DNA from: Octopus bimaculoides
Lineage: Eukaryota
Assembly: GCF_001194135.2 (NCBI RefSeq)
Contig: NC_068982.1
Span: forward strand, 175,599,342 to 175,640,145
Length of the DNA: 40,804 bases
Direction: 5' to 3'
Every line of letters starts with the position of its first letter. Position 1 is the stretch's first letter. Of the stretch, positions 22,954 through 36,968 are shown in pieces. Below the pieces are notes generated by a model. It ran no database searches. It worked only from the letters and a program-made list of their open reading frames with translations, and was not told the DNA's origin. A program made the translations under genes and the position numbers.

Positions 22954-24010
22954 CTAATGGTGATGGCAATTGTGATTGTAGTTGTGGTGGTGAGTAGTGG
23001 TGGTAAGTGGTGGTGAAAGTAGTAGTGGTGGCACTGAAAACATATGGTTTATAATGGTAACAACAAATAGGAGAATGATAACCACAATATTAACAAAATG
23101 ATAGGAAAACAAAGGATTGTGAAGATGATATTGATAATGAGGATGATGACAATGACAAAATGATGCTGATGAAGAAGATGCCAGCAATGCCAATTGCAAT
23201 AAAGTCAATGATACTTCTGACAATTATGATAAGGATGTTGATGATACTAATAATGATTATTATGATTATGTGAGTTATAATGATAGTTACGACGACAACA
23301 CAAAATGATGATGATTACAAGTCAGGAGGAGGTGGAGGAGCAGATTATAGTGATGGTGTATGCTGCTGCTACTGCTGAATTAGAATTGTGATAGAGATGT
23401 ACAAAAGATGCTGGATAATGATGGTATTGATGATGATGATAATTGTTTGGATTCTATTCATGACAATCATAAAAGTGATAAGAATGAGGTGGGTAAGTTG
23501 AAACCGTGTGCTGGTGACAGTAATATTTAATAATGATACAGAAACATTGCTGGTGATGAAGATACAGATGAAAACTCAGAGGAGTAGAGTAAGCATGGAA
23601 GAAGAATTTATCATTAACACTATTTGATGATGACAATAATTACTCCCTACACCACCACCACCACCACCACCACCCATTTTATTTTGATTGATTTTGTTTT
23701 CATTTTTGTTTCCTACAAAATTTATTGATTTCAATTCTCCCCACCCCACCCCACCCCACCGAATTCACTCCCTTATGATGCTTGCCAAGTTTAAGTTTAC
23801 TGAATAGATATGCAATCTTTCAACATGACAAACCATATAGAATAACAACATGAATAATAATAATTTTTGATATCATTATCACTGACATTAATATTGTTGA
23901 TAATAATGTTAATGGTGACAACAATATTAATTTGAAAATAACATTGCTTGTGGTGGAGTGGTGTAGCAGTAGCAGTGGTTTTTGTGGTAGTAGTAGTAGT
24001 AGTAGAAGCA
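22954..24010. repeat. Degenerate trinucleotide low-complexity region (GAT/GGT/TAA/TAG)
   Basis: Direct reading; explains His/Leu/Asp-rich spurious ORFs. Confidence 0.9.
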
Positions 24011-25130
24011 GCATGCTGAATAATGTTGATTAGAAATAAACAGAAATTCTTGAAACTGCTTAAACTCCATAGATCAGCATAAACAAGTATACTTTCATAA
24101 AATCATGAAAACAGTTGTTTCGAAAGAAATGAGATATTATTAAGTAAATGTAGACTACACTGTCTCAAAAAGTAAACTGGAAAAATAATAGCAACAAAAG
24201 CAGATCACAAAGAAACAAAAGATAGATAACTTAAGATAAATAAATTTGTGGCAGTTTCAAACGAAATAATTACAAAGCATGTTTGCTAGAATTGTTATGC
24301 AAACTAGCAATTTTCAGTGTTTTATTGAAGTAATCAATTCAACTTAGAATTATAAGCTGATGAAGAAAGGTTATTGAAAGAAATAAAAGCAAACCAAATT
24401 GAGGAAAAACAAAGCTAAAGAAATGGTGGAAATTTATAACTACTAACCACCATATATATCATTACACTGCAATGATATAATAATAGCAATGATAACAGAG
24501 GCTTTATAAGTATCCATTGGCTGGATACTAGTAGTATATACTTGACTGTTGAAACTGGTTCTCAGAATAGTTTATGTTTAGTTGAAAGGAATCAGAAGTA
24601 AAACTATTTATTCTCGATATAATTGTTATTATTTTGGTTGCTGTAATTTAAGCCTGTGGAATGGTTATAAATGGTAGAGCATTGGATTAAATGCCTTAAA
24701 TGCTTTGCATTATTTAATTATGAAGAGTGGTGTATTGGTAGAAATTGTAGAGCCACAAGATAAAATGTCTTTTGGTATGTAGTTAAGTCTGTTTACATTC
24801 TAAATTCAAAACCTATTGAGGTCAATTGTACCCAATGTTTTAAAATGAAGTACTAGTCAAGTGCTGGGTGTTGATTGAATCTACTATACCCACTCCTCCC
24901 AAAATTTGTGGCTTTTTGCCAATGCAAGAAATTATGATTTTATTTTACATAGGTTGAGAAATGCATGAAGAATTTGCTTTCTTCAAAAAGAATTAGAAAT
25001 ATTTTCGAAAACATGCATAAAAATAATTTAAGCTTAACAATACTGTGTGAGAATTCCCTGTCAATACTAATGAATCTCAATATTGCTACTTTTTGGAATA
25101 TACCAATAGTTATTCATATAAGGTGTTGGC

Positions 25131-25520
25131 TTGTTGTTGTTGTTGGCACTCCGTCGCTTACGACGTCGAGGGTTCCAGTTGATCCGATCAACGGAACAGC
25201 CTACTCGTGAAATTAACGTGCAAGTGGCTGAGCACTCCACAAACACGTGTACCCTTAACGTAGTTCTCAGGGATATTCGGCGTGACACAGTGTGACAAGG
25301 CTGACCCTTTGAATTACAGGCACAACAGAAACAGGAAGTAAGAGTGAGAGAAAGTTGTGGTGAAAGAGTACAGCAGGGTTCGCCACCATCCCCTGCCGGA
25401 GCCTCATGGAGCTTTAGGTGTTTTCGCTCAATAAACACTCACAATGCCCGGTCTGGGAATTGAAACTGCGATCCTATGACCGCGAGTCCGCTGCCCTAAC
25501 CACTGGGCCATTGCGCCCCC
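25131..25520 (-). mobile_element. SINE family D
   Basis: Homologous to 19959-20338; probable TSD ATATAAG. Confidence 0.9.
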
Positions 25521-26217
25521 ATATAAGTAGTATGTCAATATCTTTACAGAAGTGGTTGTATATTATTCTTGTAGCAGAAATAAGATGAGGGACACATCGC
25601 TAAACCAAAATAATGTTTTTAAATCAATGGCTTGGTCAGTATAATTTCTTAGCTTTTCAGTTTACTTCTGCACAATATTATAATCTTTGGGGTTTGTTGT
25701 GTCCATAATTATAGTACACCATTGTCATTTTTATCAAAACAAAAAATAATAATAATGTTGGGATGATTGTGTGCTGCCTGATGACTTGCCTCTTTGCCCA
25801 CATTCGTGAGATTTTCACATTACAATTTTTTAAGATAGGGGAGGGCTCATATGAGTGCTATAGTGATATTTTCTCAAAGGTGCTGAAATTAGATTATCAG
25901 GTGTACACAGAGCAGCTTTGCTATGTTATTGTGTTACCAAGCATATTTTGTCAGAGCCAGTGTAGGATATTTTGATACAATGAAGTGTTTTGTTTCAAAA
26001 ATAGACTGAACAGGCAACATTTGTTATCAATATTCTAGAAATTGTGAACATTCATTTCAGTATATTTAATGATGATAGCTTGTGTTTGTACAACAAATGT
26101 TGATGCTAATGCCATCCCAATCAGATTGGATATGTTCATTCAGGCTGAAATTATTTCTTATATATGGAGTAGCATTCCATATTATTGTTGTTGCTGTTAT
26201 TATTATTATTATCATCA

Positions 26218-26812
26218 AGGTAAAGAGCTGGCAGAACTGTTAGCAGGTTGCACAAAATGCTAAGTGGCATTTCATTTTCATCTTTAGGTTCTGAGTTTGG
26301 ATCCCACCAAGACTGACTTTGACTTAGGATCAATAAAATCAGTACCACAAGAACAGGGGTTGATATAATTGATTTGCTCTTTCCCATCACACATTGCAGG
26401 CAGAATCATTAGCATGCTGGACAAATTGCTTAGCAGCACTTCTTCTATCTATTTATGTTCTGAGTTCAAATACCAGTGTGGTCATCTTTGCCTTTCATCC
26501 TTTCATGGTCAATAAAATAAGTATCAACCACTGGGGTCCATTTAATCAACTAGCCCACCAAATTTTCGAGCTCTGTGCCTACAGGAGAAGGGATGATAAA
26601 AGGCGATGAGCTGACAGAAGCGTTAGCATGCCAGACAAAATGCTTAGCAGCATTTCATACATTTTTATGTTCTGAGGTTGACTTTACCATTAATCCTTTC
26701 AGGATTGATAAAATAAGTACCAGTCAAGCACTGGCATCAATGCAATCAAATAACTTCACTCCATCCCCACAGAAATTTCAGCCTTGTGCCTATAGTACAA
26801 AGAATTTGGGGA
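26218..26812 (+). mobile_element. Three head-to-tail SINE family B copies
   Basis: (GAGCTG)GCAGAA..GTTAGCA..AAATGCT..TTCTGAG..CCTTTCATCCTTTC..ATAAAATAAGTA repeated from ~26218, ~26398 and ~26599. Confidence 0.8.
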
Positions 26813-26834
26813 TTCTATTTATTTATTATTTATT

Positions 26835-27212
26835 TACTCTTTTACTTGTTTCAGTCATTTGACTTTGGCCATGCTGGAACACCGCCTTTAGTCGAGCAAA
26901 TCGACCCCAGGACTTATTCTTTGGATGCCTAGTACTTATTCTATCGGTCTCTTTTGCCGAACCACTAAGTTACGGGGACGTAAACACACCAGCATCGGTT
27001 GTCAAGTGATGTTGGGGGTACAAACACACACACAAACACATATATATATATATATATACGACAGGCTTCTTTCAGTTTCCGTCAACCAAATCCACTCACA
27101 AGGCTTTGGTTGGTCTGAGGCTATAGTAGAAGACACTTGCCCAAGGTGCCACGCAGTGGGAATGAACCCGGAACCATGTGGTTGGTAAGCAAGCTACTTA
27201 TCACACAGCCAC
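26835..27212 (-). mobile_element. SINE family A
   Basis: Homologous to 4823-5230. Confidence 0.9.
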
Positions 27213-27411
27213 TCCTTTCTTTACTTTCTATTTTATATCCTTTGTTATATCCTTTAATGTGATAGTATCTCCCCTTGATTAATGCTAACTCCACATGGTT
27301 TTGTAATTTTTTTTGTTTTGTGCTGTAACTCATCCTTTGATATTGTCCTCCATGTCTTGGGTCCTTGTGGTCAATAAAAGAAATCGTCATTATTACTATT
27401 TTTATTATTAA

Positions 27412-27855
27412 GTCAGCAAGCTGGCAGAATTGTTAGCATGCTGGGTGAAATGCCTAGCAGTATTTCATCTATCGCTATGTTCTGAGTTCAAATTCAGCTG
27501 AGGTCAACTTTACCTTTCATCCTTTCAGGGTTGATAAATAAAGTACCAGTGAAACACTGGGGTCGATGTAATCGACTAGTGTCCTCTCCACACATTTGAG
27601 GCCTTGTACTTCCAGTAGAAAGAATTATCGTTATTATTAAGGCGTTGAGCTGGTAGAATTGTTAGCATGCTGAGCAAAATGTTTAGCAGTATTTCACCTG
27701 TTGCTACATTCTGAGTTCAAACTCCATCTAGGTTGACTTTGCCTTTCATCCTTTTGGAGTCAATGATATAAATACCAGTTGAGTACTGGAGTCAATGTAA
27801 TCGACTAGTCCCCTCCCTAAAAATTTCAGGTCTTGTGCCTATAATAGAAAGGATT
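27412..27855 (+). mobile_element. Two head-to-tail SINE family B copies
   Basis: Heads at ~27412 and ~27638, each preceded by a short TAT run. Confidence 0.82.
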
Positions 27856-27861
27856 ATTCAT

Positions 27862-28170
27862 CATCATCATTGTTCTTTAACTTCTGGCATGGGTTGGACA
27901 GTTTGACTGAGGGCTGGCAAGCCAGAAGGCTGCACCAGGCTCCAATCCATCTAGCAACGTTTCTACAGCTGGATGCCCTTCCTAACGCCAACCACTCTGA
28001 GTGTGTAGTCGATGCTTTTTATGTGCCACCAGCATGGGACCAGTCAGGTGGCACGAGCATGACCACGCTCGAATGGTGCTTTTTATGTGCCACTGGCATG
28101 GGTGCCAATCAGGTGGTACTGTCATCGGCCACGACAATGACTTCACTTGCCTCAACAGGTTTTCGCAAGC
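27862..28170 (-). mobile_element. Family C (RTE-tail) element
   Basis: (CAT)n..CATGGGTTGGAC..CAGCTGGATGCCCTTCCTAACGCCAACCAC. Confidence 0.85.
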
Positions 28171-28838
28171 GCAGTTTATTGCCCAATGATAGATTATTAT
28201 TATTTCTAGAAATAGTTTTTGCGACTTTCTACTACAACACCACTATGCCTCTAGTATTTTTTGTAGTGGGTGTGTGTGTGTGTGCGTGTGTGTGTGAAAT
28301 AAAGACATGTTTTAGAATATTACATCAGTTTTGCTTCATTGTGGGGGTTAGCTTCATGTTTCTGGTGCTATCTGTCATGTAGGGGATGTGCAATATGTGT
28401 TGCATTATTTTGTTGGGTAGAGACGGGGTTTTGTAAGTGCTGCATTCTTGGTTGCAGGTGGTTTGCATAGCAGAAATTGAAATTGTATATCATTTATGTA
28501 GCATATGCATTGTATTATTTTATGGGGTGGTTATCATACGGGGTCTGAGTACAAAATGTGTACTGTTTGAGATGTGCTATTGAAATGAAAATTTACTGTG
28601 TATGATGTAGGCTATTATTTTTGTATAAGGCTTGTATGCTTTTGTTCCTATTTTATTTCAATTTTAAAACACTTGCATTTTAATAGATATGATGGTACTA
28701 GTATTACTTGCACAAGTGGTTAATACATAAATTTATCATGATCATCACAATCGTTATTTGTGCTGCACTGTGAACAATGTTACACACTTAGATTTTCATT
28801 TAGTGGCAAATATGCTAAGTAAAGTAGAGACAGCTCAC

Positions 28839-28945
28839 TCCCATATAAAAAAATAGCATGCCCCTTTTCTTCACAAGCATTGTTGAGATCAAAACTTCCA
28901 GTGAGAAAACTTTGTGAAGGGTGGGTTGTGTTGAGCTGATTTGCC
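28839..28945 (-). CDS. Putative internal exon (107 nt): W-ANQLNTTHPSQSFLTGSFDLNNACEEKGHAIFLYG
   Basis: Acceptor CTTTTATCTTTACATAATATATCTAG, donor GTGAGC; open in the phase-2 frame required by exon 30698-30776 (a second frame is also open). Confidence 0.5.
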
Positions 28946-29416
28946 CTAGATATATTATGTAAAGATAAAAGTTTTCAGTTCTGGTCTAGTGATACATGCC
29001 TGCACATTTAAATGTAAATAAATATGCATGTGTGTGCGTGTCTGGGTGAAGACTAGGTTTACACATAAGATATGTACATAGACAGTTATATGCAAACATT
29101 GTTATCATCATCAACAATTTAAATTTGCTTTTCCATGCTGTAATGAAATAGATGGATTGTTAGGGTCTGTGTTTTATATTCAGGATTACTGCCCAGCCTC
29201 AACACAAGTTAAAGACCATGATTCACTCATACCTTTCATTTTTGCTATGGTTTCTACAACAGGAAAGATGCCTTTCTTATTACCAAGCATTTTATAGAAT
29301 GCACTAGATGCATTTTATTGTGATACCAGCTCTAGCAAGGTTGTCTTGTCCCTGGCAAGACTACAGAGTCCATTTTATGTCAAGCTGTCCCCACTCAATC
29401 AATGACTGCATATTAA

Positions 29417-29474
<58 letters not shown>

Positions 29475-29647
29475 AATAAGAGATAAAAATGAAGTTGCAA
29501 CAATAGAGCAATACTTTTTTGTTTTTGAAGCTGGAACATCAGAAGTCATTGCTCCAAGTTGTTCATTGCTGATCATTGGTTGACAAATGGAATTTGGTAT
29601 ATATTAAACATAGCTGTAAAACATTTTCACAAATGACCAATAATCAG

Positions 29648-29861
29648 GGCGCAGGAATGGCTGTGTGGTAAGTAGCTTACTTACCAACCAAATGGTTCCG
29701 GGTTCAGTCCCACTACGTGGCACCTTGGACAAGTGTCTTTTACTATAGCCTCGGGCCGACCAAAGCCTTGTGAGTGGATTTGGTAGACAGAAACTGAAAG
29801 AAGCCCGTTGTATATAAATGTGTATATATNNNNNNNNNNNNNNNNNNNNNNNNNNNNNNNN

Positions 29862-29894
<33 letters not shown>

Positions 29895-30122
29895 ATGTGC
29901 GTGTGAATGTTTTTGTGTCTGTGTTTGTCCCCCTAGCATTGCTTGACAACCGATGCTGGTGTGTTTATGTCCCCCGTCACTTAGCAGTTCAGCAAAAAGA
30001 GACCGATAGAATAAGTACTAGGCTTACAAAGAATAAGTCCCGGGGTCGATTTGCTCGACTAAAGGCGGTGTTCCAGCATGGCCACAGTCAAATGACTGAA
30101 ACAAGTAAAAGAGTAAAAGAGT
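29648..30122 (+). mobile_element. Full-length SINE family A (gap in its internal microsatellite)
   Basis: GGCGCAGGAATGGCTGTGTGGTAAG...GGTTCAGTCC; probable TSD TAATCAG (29641-29647; 30123-30129). Confidence 0.9.
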
Positions 30123-30197
30123 AATCAGTATAGAGACTCAGAGTTTCTGCTTCTATTCATTCATTCATTCATTCATTCATTTATTCATACACATACA

Positions 30198-30233
<36 letters not shown>

Positions 30234-30697
30234 TATCATCATTTAACATCCACTTTTCTGTTTGCATGGATCAGACAGAATTTGTGTGTTCCAGGAGAAC
30301 TTTCTCTTCAAAACATCCTTTCTATGTATCCAGATTATCACCTGCTACAGTTTTTATGGCTATTATAATTCAGTTACAAAATATGGAAACATGGTGTAAC
30401 ATATGATGTTGAAGATAAAAATTACAAAATATCATAAACGGATTGCTACAAATATAAGCTTATCCATGAACATGACTTCCATTTCCCTTATTGCTCAAAA
30501 TTACTACAACATGTATATTACAAAACTGAAGCCACAAATTTGCAGGTCAAGTGTCATCAATAACAAATCAGAGCTGAAATGTAACAAAATATTCAGGATT
30601 GCAATCGTTACTGTGTTTTAGTATGAGAGAAGTTTATAAACCTGACTATAGCAACTTTTCAAATTCATAATGTCATAAATATCAGCAAGCATCTTAC

Positions 30698-30776
30698 CAG
30701 AAGATAGGAATCCAACCAACCATCTTTATTGGATCAGCAGAGTTGAATTTCAGAATATCAATTGTCATATTTGAAG
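30698..30776 (-). CDS. Putative internal exon (79 nt): A-SNMTIDILKFNSADPIKMVGWIPIF-W
   Basis: Acceptor TTGTTTCATGTGCTTTTAG, donor GTAAGA; single open frame (phase 1 to 2). Confidence 0.55.
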
Positions 30777-33172
30777 CTAAAAGCACATGAAACAAGCGCT
30801 GACTTTAATTCTCAAGTTTGTAACTCAATCATTAATGGCTCTAAAGGCAATAAATTTGTAGAAAATTATGCAAATCTCAAAAAGTAAAAAAAAAATATTA
30901 TAAGATGGTAATAATGATGACAACAACAAAATTTCTATATGAAGTAGTAGCAATAATGATAATGATGACAATTTGTCACAAAGCTTTTTTGAGGATTTCA
31001 TTTGAAAATTTAGATTTAGAGATTTCAAAGATATGATGACTGCTGGTTGATAACAATTTCATCAGATTAAGTTATGAGTGATAAGATGAGGAAAAAAAAC
31101 AAAATCAGCAACCTGAGCAAGACAAGCAGACAAGTTTGGCATTAATATGCTATCTGATAAGACAATTGTAATTCTGATGAGTACTACATGAGCAATAGCC
31201 AGGGAAGGAGTGCATCAGAATACTTGATCTGGTTATATTGTATAAATATATGATGAAATCTGAATGAAGAAAATAAATATGGCAGTGGATGTTACTGGAT
31301 AGTAGCAAATGGGTGTGTGACAGTTTTTCTTTTCTTTTTTAGACTCAGAAAAGCTATGACTGAGCAAATGCAGGCTATCTTTAAGCTGACTTTATCTAAT
31401 ATGTCAATGACTTTGATCATCATTTTGATTGAGCAGAATGATGGCAAACGATGTCTCAATCATAGCCATTCAGTTTGCTTATATTTTTTCCCAGACAATA
31501 TCAAGGAAAGTTTTATGCAAATGAGTCCTTTCTTTTGAAACATGGTATGGTTTGAGGGAGATTTGGTTGTTATTTCTAACAAGAAAGTGATCACAAAGAA
31601 GCTGTTTTATCAGCTGAATTGTAGTAAATTGTTTCAAACAGAGCAGGTAGATATATGATTGTAAATTGGTGGCAGTTTTATTTAATCTCAGGTCTGCGCT
31701 AATGAAGCAGAAGTACGATCATAGACATTTTAGTGTCTACTTCTATCATTGGTTGTAAATATGTAAAATGCAACCTGTAAGCTCTTCATTCCCATGAATG
31801 TATGTAATTTAAAGTTCAATGTTTGGGTTTAATTTCATAGCAATGATTTTTAAGCATATCTTCCTTAGGATATGATGCTTATCTTTCTAAGGTAACATTC
31901 TGAGACATAAGTATCTCTTCCACATAGCTATCTAAAGTAATGCAGAATCAAACATGAGTGTGTGTGTGTGAATATTGATATTCTATGTCTTTGCTGTCAC
32001 TGCCTTTGGCAATATGTCTCATTCTCCTGCACTTTCAAAGACCAGTGGAATAAAAAAAATCCTTTACTTGTAAAACAAGTAAGGACATCTGGCTGTAAAA
32101 ATACAGCCTCAAGTAAATCTTCATGCTAGCACAGAAAAATAAAAAATAATAATAAATAGCTGTAAAATGAACGACTGTACACGCCACTTTTGTTTTTTAA
32201 ATTTTGGCGTTTTTGTCTTGTTTTAAACTTAGATGTTCTTCAAATACCAATAAGAAATTAAAACTGTTTTTGGATGCCATAGAATTAAAAGTAGACAAAA
32301 CTTTATGTGGAATTGTTAGTCAATGGTGATATTCTGAGAATATATGCTGCTAGTAGAACCAGCAAGGGAGCCATATTTGGTCATTCATCACACTAGAAAT
32401 AATAGATAAATTGCATTGATATAGACCATCGATAGGTTTGTGGTTGTAATGTGTTTAGAGAGTAAAGTTTTGCCAATCAGACGAATATCAATTTTATTTA
32501 AATATTTTTTTGTTTCTTTTTAATGTAATTTTGTGAATGACTATGTATCATTTCTACAGTCCCATACATATTACAAATAGTTCAATAGAGGATTCCTTGT
32601 TCCTTGTAAAGTAACTGATCACAGCCAAAGCATTTCGTAGTTCTGAAAAAGCTTAGCCTGTTGAGAAGCAATTTCAGCTATATCATAGACATACTGATGT
32701 CACTATTTTTCGCAACAGTATAAGGATGTTGTAACAGCTTGTGTGACTAAGTAGTATGAAGGTTATAGTTATGTTGCTTATGTATAAAAAATAATCATTT
32801 TTTTCTTGCTGTGTAATTGTATCACTCTTGCTATTATTAAATGAGATTAGGTTATGTCCTAATTACAGGATGATTTTGAGGTCAGTTTCAAGAAGTAGTG
32901 CAAGTAAGGTGTCTAGATTGTGTTGGATAATGACTGTGCATGGAAAGCTAATCAAGCTAGATGGGAGGTATCATTTGCATAGAAGTGTGTTTGATGGTAA
33001 TTAACAGTAAGGACATTATTCATCCATGAAAATGTGGGTTGATAAAACGTAGGTCAAAGAGAGGACGAGATAATAACTGTCATATGCTGCCACGAGTTGA
33101 CTGAATGAGAAAATTTCAGTCCAAGAAGTGAGAAATGATTGCATGTTTTTTCTTGAGGTTTTTGTGCAAGAC

Positions 33173-33218
33173 AGTCAAAGACTTTGATAAAGTCAAAGAC
33201 TTTGATGAAGTCAAAGAC
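33173..33218. repeat. 18-bp tandem repeat (2.5 units) with internal palindrome
   Basis: AGTCAAAGACTTTGAT(A/G)A x2 plus AGTCAAAGAC. Confidence 0.9.
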
Positions 33219-33752
33219 AGTAATAGTGAATTTGCCGAAGTTGATGAAGTTGAGAATCTGCTAGTGTGAGATATGTCTCAAACCCGAAGTACAACTAACT
33301 TTATGGAAATCATATACATACATGTATAATTGGTATGGTGTAGGTATGCTGCATGTATATGCATATATGTGTGTGTGGTGTGTGTATATAAACACAGACA
33401 AACACACATTACAATAATATTTCTTCTATAAAGTACTATAAACTATTGTGGTTTATTTAGTGAACTTGTGTTAAGATAGAAGAAATTTGTATTAAATGTT
33501 GATCTCCCCAAATGCATGTATGCAATGTCAATAACTTTGTTCATAATCATCATCATGGTGTTTTTAGAGTTTACAATATTATTGCGTACAAATAATGTTA
33601 TAATGTAAGTTCAATTAATTATGTCTCCTTTAAAAATGAAATGTCAAGTACAACCACAAGGTGCCTGAGAATAAAGACTTTGCTCATAACCACCATAAAT
33701 TTTTCATAGCTTGCTACATTAGTGATCTTGAGTTTGACTCATTCAGATATAC

Positions 33753-33768
33753 CTTCTGTGTGACAAGA
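33753..33768 (-). CDS. Putative 16-nt microexon: SCHTE
   Basis: Acceptor TTTTGACTAGTTTCTATTAG, donor GTATAT; phase 0 to 1 bridges exons 33924-33970 and 30698-30776. Confidence 0.35.
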
Positions 33769-33923
33769 CTAATAGAAACTAGTCAAAAGACAGAAATATT
33801 ACATTTAGTTCTTCAATTGCACAATTTCAGTATAACCAACCACTACTTCAATGTTTGTCAGTACAAAATTAAACTATTTATTCTAAGTGGGAGCAAACAG
33901 AGAGTCTGTATATAGTCACTTAC

Positions 33924-33970
33924 TCTGCTAGAAACAGTAGGTATATCTGCATCAAAACTCAAACAATTGG
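33924..33970 (-). CDS. Putative internal exon (47 nt): A-NCLSFDADIPTVSSR
   Basis: Very strong acceptor GCATTCTTCTTTTCTCTTTAG and consensus donor GTAAGT; single open frame (phase 1 to 0). Confidence 0.55.
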
Positions 33971-35340
33971 CTAAAGAGAAAAGAAGAATGCAACAGATAA
34001 TGTAGTCTTAAGATACACTATCTGAAAAGAAAAAGGTGAGACTGATACAGCTAGAACACATTGATCAGAGTTTAAAAGAAGTTGAAAAATAAAGTAGATT
34101 ATTGGTACAATGTTTCACGCAGCACAGTACAAGGAATGCAGTGAAAACAATTTACTTATCTATTATTTAACAGTTACTTCTGCAGTTTCAGTTTACCAGC
34201 TGCTATCTCAATATGCTCAGAGTCAAACATCATTGGTTATACTCATAACTGTTGGATCACCAAAATTATTTATACTTAAAATGCAGGGTAGTGAAAACTG
34301 ATTATTGTTTATCATACTATATTTTTCAAGATGTTTATTTTACGAATTTTAATCACTGGACTGCAGCCATGTGCAGGCATAGCCTTCAAGGATATAGTTG
34401 GTTATATCATTTCTAGTATTGCAATTTGGTAGTTAATGTATCAAATATTACAAAGATGAAAGCAAAAGTAGACCAGGATAGGATTGGAAGTTAGAGTGTA
34501 AAAGATATCGCCAAATGCCATAAGAGACATTTCTGTATGCAACACACTACCAATTCTGCCATCCGCTGCCTTTATAGGTCAGTGTTTACAAAATAGAACA
34601 TTCATTCAAGAAATCTATCTACAGTGAAAAGAAATGAGTCACCTGTTCAAAATAGGAGATTATTTCATCTTGTAGTGAGCTGAAAATTTCATTTTTAAAC
34701 ATCAATACAAGACAGAAAAAAGATAATAAACAAATAAATTACATTTGCTTTAATGTGTTCTAAGTTAGCCTTTGTCATGCAACCCCAATGCTACTACAAA
34801 CAACAACTGCACTGCCCCCACCACACACCACTACGGCTGGTAGAAGCACATCATTTTCCTTTTAAAACACAAAAGGAGGGTCCCTGTATATATTATCTTC
34901 TCCTTTGCATTAAAAAAATAAGAGAAATACCCACTTCTCTTATTGTCATTTTCATTACATCTTTAGAAACTATTCTGCTTTCTTTAGATTCTGTTGTCAC
35001 TAGAAGCCAAATACATAAACACACACACATACATATATGGAGTGGGAGTCACATACATATATACCTCTATCACCTGCCCACTTTGACAACGTATGATATG
35101 TGTTAAACAGTAAATTGCTTGAGATTTGTGCCAAGATGAATTCACCAAGGACAATTAGATAGGGATGGTGGTGTCCAACGTTTTGCTATGTTGCTCTTAT
35201 CAAAGGTTTATTAGAACCAGGTTAGAAAATACAAAGATATTTTATGGATTGCTTATACTAATTGTCTATAGATAAAATTAAGTCTAAAGGGTTCATATAC
35301 ATATCCCCCTCCTCCTCCTCACTACCACTGCCACCTCCAC

Positions 35341-35500
35341 CACCACCACCACTTAACATCCATTTTCCAAACTGACATGAGTTGAACAGTCTGTTCTGGC
35401 TTTGTTTCTATGGCTGGATGCCCTTCCTGATACTAAACACTTTACAGAGTGTACTGGGTGCTTTCTAAGTGGCACCAACATTGGTGCTTCATGTTTGCAT
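35341..35500 (-). mobile_element. Diverged family C fragment
   Basis: TTAACATCCATTTTCCA..TATGGCTGGATGCCCTTCCTGA. Confidence 0.7.
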
Positions 35501-35938
35501 GGCTCACATGCAGATATAAACACACACACACACACACGTATACATGACAGTCAAAGAAAAGCAAGCAGGTTGAATGTTCAAAGTTACTGTCATCCCCACT
35601 TCTTGTAAAAGTATAATAAATAAGTACTTAAGAAAGGGCATTGCATAATTCAGTTTAATGTTAAATTGTTTTTATTATAATTTGACATAAAAATAAACAT
35701 TAATATATTATAAAGTAAACTGATATGAAACTCAATACAAAACTACAGTCAGATACATTCTATATCATAAATAGCAACAATTATTTATAATTTGTGTCCT
35801 TCTGGTTCATTCAGATAGAAGGACCCAGTCTGAACAAGCTGGTGGCGTGAAACTTATAAGTAAATAATACCATTTATGATATAAAATAAGTTTACACACA
35901 CACACACACACATAAATATCTACACAAACAAACTTACA

Positions 35939-36320
35939 TTGTCGGCACTCCGTCGCTTACGACATCGAGGGTTCCAGCTGATCAGATCAACGGAACAGCC
36001 TGCTCGTGAAATTAACGTGCAAGTGGCTGAGCACTCCACAGACACGTGTACCCTTAATGTAGTTCTCGAGGAGATTCAGCGTGACACAGTGTGACAAGGC
36101 TGACCCTTTGAATTACAGGCACAACAGAAATAGGAAGTAAGAGTGAGAGAAAGTTGTGGTGGAAGAGTACAGCAGAGTTCACCACCATCCCCTGCCGGAG
36201 TCTTGTGGAGCTTTAGGTGTTTTTGCTCAATAAACACTCACAACGCCCGGTCTGGGAATCGAAACCGTGATCCTATGACTGCGAGTCCGCTGCCCTAACC
36301 ACTGAGCCATTGCGCCTCCA
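35939..36320 (-). mobile_element. SINE family D
   Basis: Homologous to 19959-20338. Confidence 0.9.
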
Positions 36321-36745
36321 GTCACACAAACTTATACACCTATCAATATCTACACACACAAAACAGAATTTCACAGATATAGCTGTTCATGTAACAGCAA
36401 TATTCATGAAACTCCACATAGGCCCAGAGAGTTTTCTCAGCACTACAATGAACAATTACATTCTACTTTATTAATTCTAAAACACAATATGCCACTCCTT
36501 CTCTCCAGACTACTTGTGATTGACAACCATCAATCCCTCTTACCGATGACCATCTCTAACCGACCATCACCCCACTCTCTCTCTCTCGTTCCCTCCATCA
36601 TCCCAAACACTGTATCAGCTAACATCCTCTTGTTCTTCGATCATCTCTCTGTCTCCTGTTCACCCGCAACACACAATTTCAGCCTCTTGTTCAATTTGTC
36701 AAGACTATATCTGTTGCCTTCTCACACATCTTTGATAACTTCTCA

Positions 36746-36968
36746 TTTCTTATTTCTTTATTGCCCACAAGGGGCTAAATATAGAGGAGACAAACAAGGA
36801 CAGACAAAGGGATTAAGTCGATTACATCGACCCCAGTGCATAACTGGTACTTAATTTATCGACCCCAAAAGGATGAAAGACAAAGTCGACCTCAGCGGAA
36901 TTTGAACTCAGAACGTAACGGCAGACGAAATACCACTAAGCATTTCGCCCGGTGAGCTAACAATTCTC
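36746..36968 (-). mobile_element. SINE family B variant with a different 3' tail
   Basis: GTCGACTTTGTCTTTCATCCTTTTGGGGTCGATAAATTAAGTACCAG on the minus strand; tail AGCCCCTTGTGGGCAATAAAGAAATAAG. Confidence 0.85.
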
